A stretch of 64,000 nucleotides of DNA, from contig NC_086108.1 of the NCBI RefSeq assembly GCF_963921235.1, forward strand, positions 46,750,001-46,814,000, in the 5' to 3' direction. Source of the DNA: Mobula hypostoma (Eukaryota). The translations under genes and the position numbers were made by a program. The notes beneath the pieces are model-generated. The model was not told the DNA's origin. It searched no databases and worked only from the letters and a program-made list of their open reading frames with translations. This document shows positions 12,861 to 25,591 of this stretch, piece after piece (the stretch's first letter is position 1; each line of letters opens with the position of its first letter).

Positions 12861-13509
12861 CTGAAGAAAAGAAAACCTAATTTAGAGATAGCAGATTTGT
12901 TGAGACTGTGCTTAAATAAAAATCATACAGTATCTTCCGACATATGAATATTCTGGCACATGTAAGTTTGCAAATATAAGTCACTGATTAAAGTTGTAAA
13001 AAAATACGTCAAAATGCTGACTAAATTATAGCCAGTACTAATAATGTATATTTTTGTTCTCAACGATAATATGTCCCATTCAAATTATCGGCAGGTTTGC
13101 ACTACTAAATGAATGTCATTAAACAAGTGACTGGCTTTTCAGAAGAATCCTGTCTAAAGTCTCTGCATTTACATTTATCAAAAACAAGCTCTGCAGATAC
13201 TGGAAATCTGAAAGAGAAACAGAAAATGTTGGCACTGCTCATCGGGCATCTCGGGGTTTGGGCTGAAGCAATTTAATACCATTTTGAGAAAATTAAAAGG
13301 CATCAAGCAGAGTCCAAAAGTCACTTCAGATCAAATTTGGTTCCAGAGATGTCACAAAGCAAAGCTGCCATCAGTACACCATTCAAGCTTTTAATGTTTT
13401 AGCAATTCTTTGTATCTTGATATGTTCTGTTGGTGGACTGAAAAAAAGGTGACCTTTCTCAGAAAGGGAGAAGATTATCTGAAATGAGGAAAGCTTAAAA
13501 ACATATAAA

Positions 13510-16500
13510 AAGGAAGGGGTGGGAATCAAATTAAAGAGGCTAGGCGTGAGGAGGTTAGTTCACAACAGGGGGATGGGAACCAGTGCAGAGAGACAGAGGG
13601 GTGTAAAGTGAGGGTAGAAGCAAAAAGTACTAAGGAGAAGAGTAAAAGTGGCAGGCCGACAAATCCAGGGCAAGCATTAAAAAGGGCCACTTTTCAACAT
13701 AATTGTATAAGGGCTAAGAGAGTTGTAAAAGAGCGCCTGAAGGCTTTGTGTGTCAATGCAAGGAGCATTCGTAATAAGGTGGATGAATTGAAAGTGCAGA
13801 TTGTTATTAATGATTATGATATAGTTGGGATCACAGAGACATGGCTCCAGGGTGACCAAGGATGGGAGCTCAACGTTCAGGGATATTCAATATTCAGGAG
13901 GGATAGACATGAAGGAAGGGGAGGTGGGGTGGCGTTGCTGGTTAAAGAAGAGATTAACGCAATAGAAAGGAAGGACATAAGCCGGGAAGATGTGGAATCG
14001 ATATGGGTAGAGCTGCGGAGCTGCGTAACACTAAGGGGCAGAAGACGCTGGTGGGAGTTGTGTACAGGCCACCTAAGAGCAGTAGTGAGGTCGGAGATGG
14101 TATTAAACAGGAAATTAGAAATGTGTGCAATAAAGGAACGGCAGTTATAATGGGTGACTTCAATCTACATGTAGATTGGGTGAACCAAATTGGTAAAGGT
14201 GCTGAGGAAGAGGATTTCTTGGAATGTATGCGGGATGGTTTTTTGAACCAACATGTCGAGGAACCAACTAGAGAGCAGGCTATTCTGGACTGGGTTTTGA
14301 GCAATGAGGAAGGGTTAATTAGCAATCTTGTCGTGAGAGGCCCCTTGGGTAAGAGTGACCATAATATGGTGGAATTCTTCATTAAGATGGAGAGTGACAT
14401 AGTTAATTCAGAAACAAAGGTTCTGAACTTAAAGAGGGGTAACTTTGAAGGTATGAGACGTGAATTAGCTAAGATAGACTGGCAAATCACATTTAAAGGA
14501 TTGACGGTGGATATGCAATGGCAAGCATTTAAAGGCTGCATGGATGAACTACAACAATTGTTCATCCCAGTTTGGCAAAAGAATAAATCAAGGAAGGTAG
14601 TGCACCCGTGGCTGACAAGAGAAATTAGGGATAGTATCAATTCCAAAGAAGAAGCATACAAATTAGCCAGAGAAAGTGGCTCACCTGAGGACTGGGAGAA
14701 ATTCAGAGTTCAGCAGAGGAGGACAAAGGGCTTAATTAGGAAGGGGAAAAAAGATTATGAGAGAAAACTGGCAGGGAACATAAAAACTGACTGTAAAAGC
14801 TTTTATAGATATGTAAAAAGGAAAAGACTGGTAAAGACAAATGTAGGTCCCCTACAGACAGAAACAGGTGAATTGATTATGGGGAGCAAGGACATGGCAG
14901 ACCAATTGAATAATTATTTTGGTTCTGTCTTCACTAAGGAGGACGTAAATAATCTTCCAGAAATAGTAGGGGACAGAGGGTCCAGTGAGATGGAGGAACT
15001 GAGCGAAATACTTGTTACTAGGGAAGTGGTGTTAGGTAAATTGAAGGGATTGAAGGCAGATAAATCCCCAGGGCCAGATGGTCTGCATCCTAGAGTGCTT
15101 AAGGAAGTAGCCCAAGAAATAGTGGATGCATTAGTGATAATTTTTCAAAACTCGTTAGATTCTGGACTAGTTCCTGAGGATTGGAGGGTGGCTAATGTAA
15201 CCCCACTTTTTAAAAAAGGAGGGAGAGAGAAACCGAGGAATTATAGACCGGTTAGCCTAACGTCGGTGGTGGGGAAACTGCTGGAGTCAGTTATCAAAGA
15301 TGTGATAACAGCACATTTGGAAAGCGGTGAAATCATCGGACAAAGTCAGCATGGATTTGTGAAAGGAAAATCATGTCTGACGAATCTCATAGAATTTTTT
15401 GAGGATGTAACCAGTAGAGTGGATAGGGGAGAACCAGTGGATGTGGTATATTTGGATTTTCAAAAGGCTTTTGACAAGGTCCCACACAGGAGATTAGTGT
15501 GCAAACTTAAAGCACACGGTATTGGGGGTAAGGTATTGATGTGGATGGAGCATTGGTTAGCAGACAGGAAGCAAAGAGTGGGAATAAACGGGACCTTTTC
15601 AGAATGGCAGGCGGTGACTAGTGGGGTACCGCAAGGCTCAGTGCTGGGACCCCAGTTGTTTACAATATATATTAGTGACTTGGATGAGGGAATTAAATGC
15701 AGCATCTCCAAGTTTGCGGATGACACGAAGTTGGGCGGCAGTGTTAGCTGTGAGGAGGATGCTAAGAGGATGCAGAGTGACTTGGATAGGTTGGGTGAGT
15801 GGGCAAATTCATGGCAGATGCAATTTAATGTGGATAAATGTGAAGTTATCCACTTTGGTGGCAAAAATGGGAAAACAGATTATTATCTGAATGGTGGCCG
15901 ATTAGGAAAAGGGGAGGTGCAATGAGACCTGGGTGTCATTATACACCAGTCATTGAAAGTGGACATGCAGGTACAGCAGGCGGTGAAAAAGGCGAATGGT
16001 ATGCTGGCATTTATAGCGAGAGGATTCGAGTACAGGAGCAGGGAGGTACTACTGCAGTTGTACAAGGCCTTGGTGAGACCACACCTGGAGTATTGTGTGC
16101 AGTTTTGGTCCCCTAATCTGAGGAAAGACATCCTTGCCATAGAGGGAGTACAAAGAAGGTTCACCAGATTGATTCCTGGGATGGCAGGACTTTCATATGA
16201 AGAAAGACTGGATGAACTGGGCTTGTACTCGTTGGAATTTAGAAGATTGAGGGGGGATCTGATTGAAACGTATAAAATCCTAAAGAGATTGGACAGGCTA
16301 GATGCAGGCCGATGTTGGGGAAGTCCAGAACAAGGGGTCACAGTTTGAGGATAAAGGGGAAGCCTTTTAGGACTGAAATTAGGAAAAACTTCTTCACACA
16401 GAGAGGGGTGAATCTGTGGAATTCTCTGCCACAGGAAACAGTTGAGGCCAGTTCATTGGCTATATTTAAGAGGGAGTTAGATATGGCCCTTGTGGCTACG

Positions 16501-16634
16501 GGGATCAGTGGGTATGGAGGGAAGGCTGGGGCGAGGTTCTGAGTTGGATGATCAGCCATGATCATAATAAATGGCGGTGCAGGCTCGAAGGGCCGAATGG
16601 CCTACTCCTGCACCTATTTTCTATGTTTCTATGT
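13510..16634 (+). mobile_element. CR1 LINE, 5'-truncated, ORF2 (APE+RT) pseudogene
   Basis: NARS, ITETW, GDFN, SDHN, NYRPVSLTS, GVPQGSVLGP and FADD motifs; 7-bp duplication frameshift near 14010; stop at 15923; (TTCTATGT)n tail. Confidence 0.95.
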
Positions 16635-17005
16635 AAGTATAACTACTATGAAAGAGAAATAAAAAATAGAATATGCTAGTTCTCTGCGCATGAAGTGATT
16701 TCTGTGGTCAGGGAAATAAAGCCTGTGAATACTTGATGAACAGTGCCAACATTTTCTGTTGCTTTCTGATTTCCAGGATCTCTGGTACTTAGTTTTAGAT
16801 TAGAACCTATGAAGAGATTTTAGACATGACTCATCTGAAAATCTGGTCACATTATCAATGACCTATTTTGACAAAACCTATTGTAATTTTGGCTATTAGT
16901 TGAATTCATTCAATGCATTATTATTTTATGAAACAATCATATCTATAAGTTCCAATTACAAAGAAAATACTACAAAACAAAAAATTATTCAAGTGACCTG
17001 CTCAC

Positions 17006-17081
17006 CTTGTCCCAGTCTTTTAGATCATTTAAAAGCGCATGCAACACGTCTTTAGGAATACTTTTCATTCCTTGATGTCTC
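17006..17081 (-). CDS. AXDND1: AXDND1 exon 7 (RHQGMKSIPKDVLHALLNDLKDWDK)
   Basis: ttgttttag acceptor, AAG|gtgag donor; 76 nt, phase 2 to 0. Confidence 0.85.
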
Positions 17082-19579
17082 CTAAAACAATATAAATTGT
17101 CAGAAATATTGGTATATTTCTAAATAACGTTTATATAGTAAAGCATACAAATAGACCTTTCTGCCCATGATGGCTGTGCCAAACATGATGCCAAATTAAA
17201 TTAATCTCTCCTCCCTGCGTATGATCCATATCCCTCCATTATAATGTGCCCACCTGACAGTCTCATAAATGCCACTATCATATCTGCATCCACTAATACC
17301 CCTGGCAGCACAGTCCAGACATCTACAGTCTTTGTTCACTCCCGCACGATGTTCACTCCTGTCTCTGCGGCATTGAGGCTGTGAGTCTGCTCCCTCTGCT
17401 ACAAGCTTCATGTCTGCAAGCTTCACAGCAGCTTGCTCCATTACGTGATGAACTGATTCCAAGGCTTTGGGCCTACTCTGGCTGTTCCAGGGATTCGTGT
17501 CTATGGACTCAATTTGATTCGGAATGCTGTTGCTTGCTTCTATTGTTTGCAAGGTACAGTATGTGTTTTTTTTTAATTGGGTTCTCTCAGGTTTCTTGCT
17601 TTGTGGCTACCTGTAAGCAGACGATTCTCAAAGTTGTATAATTTACATATACTTTGATATCAAATGTACTTTGAATCTTTTCTCAGGCATAATAACAAAA
17701 TATGTTTTTATTAAAGGTCTTCTCAGTTTTTTCACAGGACTGAAAAGTACATTCCATTTGCCAATAATTTCCTAGAGAGTCATTAGTGTGCCCTTCTGTA
17801 GCAACAACACACTTTGTTACAGAAAACAATTTTATCTGCACAGATAGACACGTAGTTTTACAGTGTAACAAGGAATCAATTGGCCAGCCAAGAATTATGG
17901 AAAACAGAACAGACAAAAATGTGTAGCTGAAACCACCACCTTATTGAATGGTGGGACAAGTATCTAGCACACTCTAAATCCTAATTCTTAGGCTCTTATG
18001 TCAGTCAAATAACTTTATTGGTTGTTTATATTACATGGCAATACATATTCTTTTTTGCTTTTGAATGAAGACAGAATATTTTTGACTTTGATTGCAGCTC
18101 CCAAGCAATGAGCACAACATATACACAGTAGCAATAACAAAAAATATATGATTATAGTATTTGAACTTCTCAAATCAAAGAACATAGTACCAATGGCATC
18201 TAATCTGAGAACAATCTTATAATTTGGGTGTCCGTTTTCCTAGGGAAACCACTAGATAATCATTTCTTTGATCTCATCAAATTTGAAAAATTGCAGGTTT
18301 TAAAGAAAATTGTGACCAGGATCAAATACATGTGAATATCTAAAAAAAAGGAAATTCAGCAACCAATAATTTAAACAAACTGATGGCTGCAGACTTATTG
18401 GGTATATGTGTCTCTGTATAAATGTAAGTGTTTAATGCTTAATGCAAGTTAACGTGTCACATTTAAAAATTGCTTTGACAACAAACTCAAAAGTAAACAG
18501 GAAAATACAGATTATTTAATGATGGAGCATGTAATGTGTGAAGTACAGCATAACAGAGTCTATTAACAGCAAATTGCTCTGAGCAAACCCTTTATATCGA
18601 ACAACTTCACCATGAGAATCACTAGGTTTGAGTGAAAATTGGAGACATTCCAATGCAGGAGATTGTATATGGCATGTCATACTTTGCATGAAGAGAAGCA
18701 GATGGTGGAGACAAGAATACCACTGAGAGGTCTGCATGAGAGAACTCTCCAAGCTCTGATTAGCAGTATGTTGATGCTATACCTCAGTAGCCACTGAATA
18801 TCAAAATATCATTGATATTCAGTTACTCTGAGATTCTTCTTGGACAAATATGGGGAAATTCAGTTTGTGCAAGCTGTTTCTCTTTATCCTATTGTCTTAC
18901 TACTCTCATAATTTATTCATGTAATTTACCTGGTTTAATTACTCTGTCTTCACTTGCCCCTTTACCAGCGCTTGCTAATACACTGTTCATAGCCTATTAC
19001 TCTTTCTATTAAAACCGATCTCTTTTATCTTCTATTTGTTGAGAGCTATTAAAACTATCTTGACTCCACTTTTTACTGTTTTTAAGTCCTTTAGTCCCCG
19101 GCACACCAGTTACTTCCAGTCTCTTTAACCATTGGTTCACTTCCATAATGTTTGTATCCCTGCACCAATTTCAATTCAAGTCAAGTGATGCATGAAAATT
19201 TACATAGGATTCAACATTGCATCTAATATTTGGTACAGAGAAATGCAAAGCAGTTACTAAGATTCACATTTGGATAAATGTGATGTGATAAATAGGGGCA
19301 GAAATTCACCATAGTAAACTGGACAAGTTTTTTTAAAAAGGTAAAATGATGGTAAATGAGTGGAAAGTGTTCAGAAAATAACCAGTTTCTCCTTTATTTG
19401 CTACAACAGGTTTGGAGCTACTTGGCCTGCACTCAAGTATAGTATTGAATTGGGAGAAAATAATAGATAAAAAAAATTGAATAGGTGGATATTTTAAAAG
19501 TTTTTTTTATATTTTGGGTGTCACATGACTCAGTGTCACTATCTCATCTAAAGTGATCCAGGTAGTCAACAATACTTAC

Positions 19580-19746
19580 AATTTATTTTCTAATAAATAT
19601 TCGTGCCATTTTTGCAAACCAGACAGAATCAATTTTCTTTTTTCCAAACTTGAATTCTCCGCATCTTGCAGATTTTTAGTGAACTTCTTCATTTTGTCTC
19701 TCCAGTCTGCGGTAACTTGCTGTAATTTAGCCTGATCTTCTGCATC
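19580..19746 (-). CDS. AXDND1: AXDND1 exon 6 (DAEDQAKLQQVTADWRDKMKKFTKNLQDAENSSLEKRKLILSGLQKWHEYLLENK)
   Basis: gtaag acceptor, TT|gtaagt donor; 167 nt, phase 0 to 2, open frame. Confidence 0.85.
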
Positions 19747-20461
19747 CTTACAGTATCAAGATAAAACCGCAAAAGTTTCAAGTTGTATATAAAGATTATC
19801 ATACATTGATAGACCTTTTCAAGATACAATCCACTTTCCACAATACAAAAACTTCATAACACAGAACCAAATTTTGAAGATTCTGACTATCTGAATAGTC
19901 AATCGGATTATGTCATTAAGTAAGCTAATTTTTCCACAAAAGCAACTGACTTTAAAATGCCATATGGCATTCACCATTGTCTCGACTTACTTGCTGTCCA
20001 TTATGCTGCTGGCACTAGGGCAGCAGTGAATGTCCTCCATCTCTCTACAGAAGGACTCTTCATTGTTGTTTCTCTAACAATCGTTTTTTGACCAGTCAGG
20101 TTTGTTATCCCTGAACTTAACTCCCAAACCTGGAAGACCAGTGGAATGCTCTAAGTCTGGCCTCTACCCTGACCTGTTTGGCATGGGTGACTCTACAAAG
20201 AGCTAAAGCACAAGGCCCTGGCTCCAGCCAACATACTACGCAAGCCTCCAAACACTACGACAAGGTTGTAGTCCTCTTGGAGAATTGTCCCTTGAGACCA
20301 ATTAATAATTTCTCTGATAATTATTCTTCATTGGTCCCCAGTTATTTAATATATTAATTATCCTTTACACTTTTCCCCCACTTCAGTGCAAGGTGGTCAG
20401 AATGTTCTGTACATTTTTAAAGGCTAGACCAAGTAATCATATGTTCAGACATGATGAATCC

Positions 20462-20499
20462 CAGGGCTGATGAAGGGCCTCAGCCTGAAATGTCGACTG
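20462..20499 (+). ncRNA. PLE-type minimal hammerhead motif (cores intact, stem I weakened)
   Basis: CTGATGA-AGGG-cctcag-CCT-GAAA-TGTC-GACTG. Confidence 0.5.
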
Positions 20500-21167
20500 C
20501 TTATTCCCCTCCATAGATGCTGCCTGACCTGCAGAGTTCCTTCAGCAATTTGTGTTTGTTGTTCAAGATTTCCAGCATTAGCAGAATCCCTTGTTTATAT
20601 ATTCAGACAACTTGGAGCCATTAACTGCAAAAAATTCTTTGATAATAGTAATTAAAGAATATTGTAATCTTTAAAGTCTACAGTTTCTAGCCAAAGCCAC
20701 TATTTTATTGATTTTATGAAATATTCAATGGATTTGCAGATAGCTCCATGACTCCACAACATTTGCAGTGCTCCAAGGCAATATTAATCATGCTATGTTA
20801 TTTTCCAAGTTAGCTGACATTAGTTCATAATCTCCTGCTTGAAATTTTAAAGAAATCTAGGACAAATCTGCAGTACTCTGTGAAAATCTTAATGTATTAC
20901 CTAAACCATTCTAAGATTGCATAGTATTTTTCAAATTTTCATTGTTGCAGTACAAGCAAAGTCTTGTAAACAATACAAAGTGGTTATAGCCGACTAAGAA
21001 CTCACGATAATTATCAAAATCACAGGGATCAGTTGTACAGTTCAGTACAATTCTGCCCTCTTCACGCCGAATGAAAATAAGTACCATTTCTTCATTCTTT
21101 TAGATTTTAAAATACAGATGAGAAATTTGTGAATCCATATAAGTAATTCATGAAATCAAAAATCTAC

Positions 21168-21269
21168 CTTCGTGCCAAGCATTACAACAAAATGTTGTGC
21201 AATTTTAGTCCAGAGTTTTTCACTGACTTCAAGATCATGAACCAGTTTAAGATTGTGCTCTTCAGTTAC
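21168..21269 (-). CDS. AXDND1: AXDND1 exon 5 (VTEEHNLKLVHDLEVSEKLWTKIAQHFVVMLGTK)
   Basis: tttctttgcag acceptor, AAG|gtagat donor; 102 nt, phase 0-0. Confidence 0.88.
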
Positions 21270-21384
21270 CTGCAAAGAAAGAAATGGGTAAAGATTTGAC
21301 CAAGACTTTACTGTATATACCAACTCCAAAGGAACTGTAATCTAAAAGAGAATTAACAGATTAGAATTTTATATTTTACAATAT

Positions 21385-21630
21385 GGGGCAGTGCTTTACA
21401 GTACCAGTGACCAGGGTTTAATTCCCGCCACTGCACGTAAGGAGTTTCTACTTTCTCTCTGTGACCATGTGGATTTCCCCCAGGTGCCGCAGTTTCCTCC
21501 CACAGTCCAAAGACATATCAGTTAGTAGGTTAATTGGTCATTGTAAATTGTCTTGTGATTAGTCTAGGGTTAAACTGGGAGTTGCTGGCTACTGCGTTTT
21601 GAAGGGCCAGAAGGACCTATCTCAATAAAA
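21385..21630 (+). mobile_element. tRNA-derived V-SINE (HE1-like)
   Basis: B-box-like gggtttaattcc; V-domain gtttcctcccacagtccaaagac...ggttaattggtcattgtaaattg. Confidence 0.75.
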
Positions 21631-22169
21631 TACAAATTTTAAAAGATCAGTTTATGGTGCCAGGGCAATTAGCCCACTTTCTTCACTCTACATGTAGAGT
21701 TTATCTGTGAAACTTATTCCATGCCACTCAGTGCCAAATATCAATGCTTAAACCAGGAATGGAATGTTATTTGAGTTATATTTTGCTACACCATTCACTT
21801 CTTTGTTATGGTAAAATATAATAAAATTAATCAGTTTTTTACTACCTTTATACAATTTGAAAATACTCTTGTGCAAAATATTTCAATTGCCTAAATTGCC
21901 AGATGTCATCAAACTTTGCCTCAATATTCCTATAAATTATGATTTACAAAAGCACCTCTAACCATTTGAGTCCCAAGTGTAACGTAAAGTGCAACTTATG
22001 TGTTAACTTGGACGTGAATATAACATTTTTTGCAGTTTGGTTGAAAGATTATACTGGGTGAAGGGATAAAAAGTCATATTTGCAGGTCTTCTGATGGTAC
22101 AAACCAGGAGCGATTTCAAGGTGGGAGGAGAATGGGCCTTCAAGTAATCTAGCCCAGCTGTATGAATAG

Positions 22170-22910
22170 ATGGGAACAAAGCAGATGGAATCATATGTGA
22201 AGTTATCCACTTTGCTGCGCAAAACAGAAAAGTAGAGCTTTTTTCTCGCACTGGTGAGAGACCAGATTATGACCTAGATGTCCTTGTACATGCAGATACA
22301 GATGTAGCAAGCAAGTAGAAAATCAAACAATATGTTGGCCAATGTTAAGAGAGAATTTGAGTACAAAGCAAAGATGTTTTGATGAGCCTTGAGATCATAC
22401 CTGGAAAATTCTGTACCATTTTAATCTCCACACCTTAATGCAAGATATAACTGCCTTACAGAAAGTGTAGAAATGCTTGACTGGCCTGTTTCCAGAGGTG
22501 ACAGGATTGCTATATAACAGAAAGTAGACTCAGTCTGTATTCTCTTGTGTTTAAAATAACGAGAGACTCAGAGAAACTTGTTAAGGTTCTCACAGGGTTT
22601 AACCAACTGGATAGAGAAAGCATGTTTACCCTGGCTGAGGAGTCCAGAACAAGGCACACAGTTTCACAAAAGAGATAATCCACTGTGGATCGAGATGAAG
22701 AAAAAATTATTTTACTGGTATGGTGATGAAACAATGGAATTTGCTGTAGGGCTGCAGAGCTTGGTCAAGGAGTTTATTCAAAATATTGATATACTTCTAA
22801 ATATTAATGACATCAAGGGATTTATGAATAATAGAGGAAAATACACCTGAGATGGTAGAGCAGCCGCGATCTTGATGAATGGCAGAACAGGCTAAAAGAC
22901 TAAATCTACT
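22170..22910 (+). mobile_element. Old CR1 3' fragment
   Basis: Degenerate CEVIHF and later CR1 C-terminal codons, similar to 15840-16600. Confidence 0.65.
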
Positions 22911-25410
22911 TTTTCTGCTCTCCTCTTTATTTTCTTAAGTAATTATGGAAACTGATGATGATATTGTAAGGTTAAATACTGAAATGAGCATGTACATTGA
23001 AAATTGCCTCAGTATTTACAAGAAGACTATCACATACCAGAAATCCCAAGGAAACTAACACTGAACGTGGAATGGAGACTGCCGAAGTTAATGGAAGTTA
23101 CATTAAAAGAAGAGGAATAATGACATTAAAGAATGGTAAATCGACAGGCCCACATGGTTTCAAGTCTTATGATTTTAAACAAAGTTGGTGAGAACATTGG
23201 GGATACTCCAATTCAGAGTCACATTCTTTTTTTTTAACCAAATATATATCAAAACATATAGTGAAATGCTTCATTTACGTTAATGACCATACAAACTACA
23301 AAAGTGCTGGGAACAGCCGCAAGTGCTACCACACATTCTGCACTCAAGTTATACAGGAACAAAGTTCTTTTAGTTAGGGAAGATCTTTCTATATAATTAC
23401 GCTTTCTGTATTACTCTGAAGCTCAAATTGGAGCAAAAGAAAACAGAAGATGGATGTTGTCCCTTTCTACTTCATCCAATAAAACAATTTAAATGAGGCG
23501 CTATCTCAGTGTAAACCGACCCATATCTGTGTAAATCTCTATAGCCCTGTTCAAACAATCAATGGTCTCTTGGGGATCAACTTTCTTACAGGCGTTTCCA
23601 GCACTCACAAGTTCTATGACCTTTCCAGAAGCACTGCATTGACCATGACAACGGCAGTAACACACTATCTATATGTTCAGTGAGTCATTATGTGCACATT
23701 TCACGAGAAGCTCTGAATTTACATACGCCGGCTGAAACACTGAATGAATCCAGTCTATTTCAATCTGGGCCTTTAGGAAGAATACAATCTGCTTCTCTCA
23801 ACCCAAAGAGTACATGATTTCCCCTTTCGTGGAGCAGAGAGAAGACTGGGAAATGTAGCACTGATCTGCCACCTCCACTGCCACTTGACCTGATTGTGGA
23901 CTAGTGAAGCTTTCACCCTGCAGAAATAGCAGCTGGAATACAAGTACACAGCTGCAATTCTGCCTGCAGACATCACAGATCTCAGTCACCAATAATTAGA
24001 AAACTTAGTCTCTAGATACAAAGCTCTTCAGACAATTGGAGAGGGTATGTGGACATTTTCAGAACAAGTCTCCCAAGTCTTCCTTCAGAGCCCCTCTCTT
24101 GCAACTTATGCTTACACTGAGGCCCTGTCCACCTGCGCCTTGGTGTGACCATGCTGGTGGCCCAGTGGGTCCATTGTCTAGGTCTACATACACAGTGTAA
24201 GAAAAACCAGGGAGGAAATGGCCGATAAGAGGAGGCATCATTTTAAGTGATTGGAGGAAAGTACAGGGGGATGTCAGAGGTAAGTTGTTTACACAGAATG
24301 GTGACGGTGTGGAAAGCATTGCCTGAGGCAAACACATTAGTGACATTTAAGAGACTCGTAGATAAGCACATGATTGATAGAAAAATGAATGATTATGAGG
24401 AGGGGAGGTTTAGATTTACTTTAGAGTGGATTAAAAGGTTGTCAAAGGGCCTGTAATGTTCTGTATTCAAACCCATTCACCCAGACTGGGTCCAACATTT
24501 CACGTTAACTCAGTGTAGTGAGCTCTTCTCTAGCCCAAACCCAAAATATGTAAGTGGGTGCAGGACTTAACTACATGTTACCATCTGATTTCTAACTGTG
24601 CTCTACTGTATATATCCATGGATCAATATCACAGTAGGGAAGTGGCAGGGTATGTCCGTTATACAAATGCATTTCTTGTCCACGGAGTTTATAATTAAAA
24701 GCAGACTGATGGAGTACTTGGAAAAATTTCAGGCGATCAGAGAAAGTGAGCATGGATGTATAAGGATAGATCATGTCTGATAAACCTAGTTTCTATGGAT
24801 TTTCAACAGGCATCCAATGCAGACTTTATGTGATTCTTCATTGTAGTTGCAGTTCATGGTATTGAAACTGAGATTGTCATCTGTTGAGGAAACATTTTCA
24901 AAGGGGAGACAAAGAGAAAAGGGAAAATAAACTTGACAGAATGACCCACAAAGATCCAAACATGGATTTTTAACCATTTACCATATTGATAAGTGACTTA
25001 AATGATGGCATAGAAAGCCACATGATCACTTTTGTCTTTATATGGACTGCACTGCAAGCAGATTCACTAAATTCCACCACAATTTCAGGTAGGCAAAGCT
25101 ACCTAAACTTTTGGGGGAAATGGATTTCTTAGAAACATAGAAAACCTACAGCACAATACAAGCCCTCTGGCTCACAATGCTGTGCTGAACATGTACTTAC
25201 TTGAGAAATTCCCTTGGTTATCCATAGCCCTCTATGGACCACATGGACAAGTCTGAGGTTAATAGTACCAGCTTAAAAGGGTGAAATAATATACTTTCTA
25301 AATGGATTGAATCCATGAACAGTTCAGTGTGAAGAATCTTGGAAATCCATCTTTAAAGAACTAATCCACAGGTTACGGACTGTTATTTAAGTAAATTAAA
25401 CCAAGCAATA

Positions 25411-25591
25411 ATTCTCAGGGTGAGGCTTTCCACTCTAGAATACCTGAGATAACCTTGTTTTCCAAAAACCACAGTTTCCTTTCACCACTATGGATATTGT
25501 CCTCACCCATATCTCCTCTGTTTCCCACACATCTGCCCACAACCCATCCTTCCACCACCATAACAGGGATAATCTTCCCCTTGACCTTACC
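25411..25591 (+). mobile_element. PLE remnant, left part (split by CR1)
   Basis: Similar to 55410-55573 plus 61482-61500 (aacagggata...ccttacct). Confidence 0.7.

Noticed and set aside
13954..16565. Long minus-strand ORFs opposite CR1 ORF2 (similar ones opposite the Hero and RTE elements)
   Set aside because: Antisense shadows of LINE coding sequence.
23460..24200. Coding-looking, possibly transposase-derived sequence
   Set aside because: No motif or TIR I can support; needs tBLASTx or Dfam.
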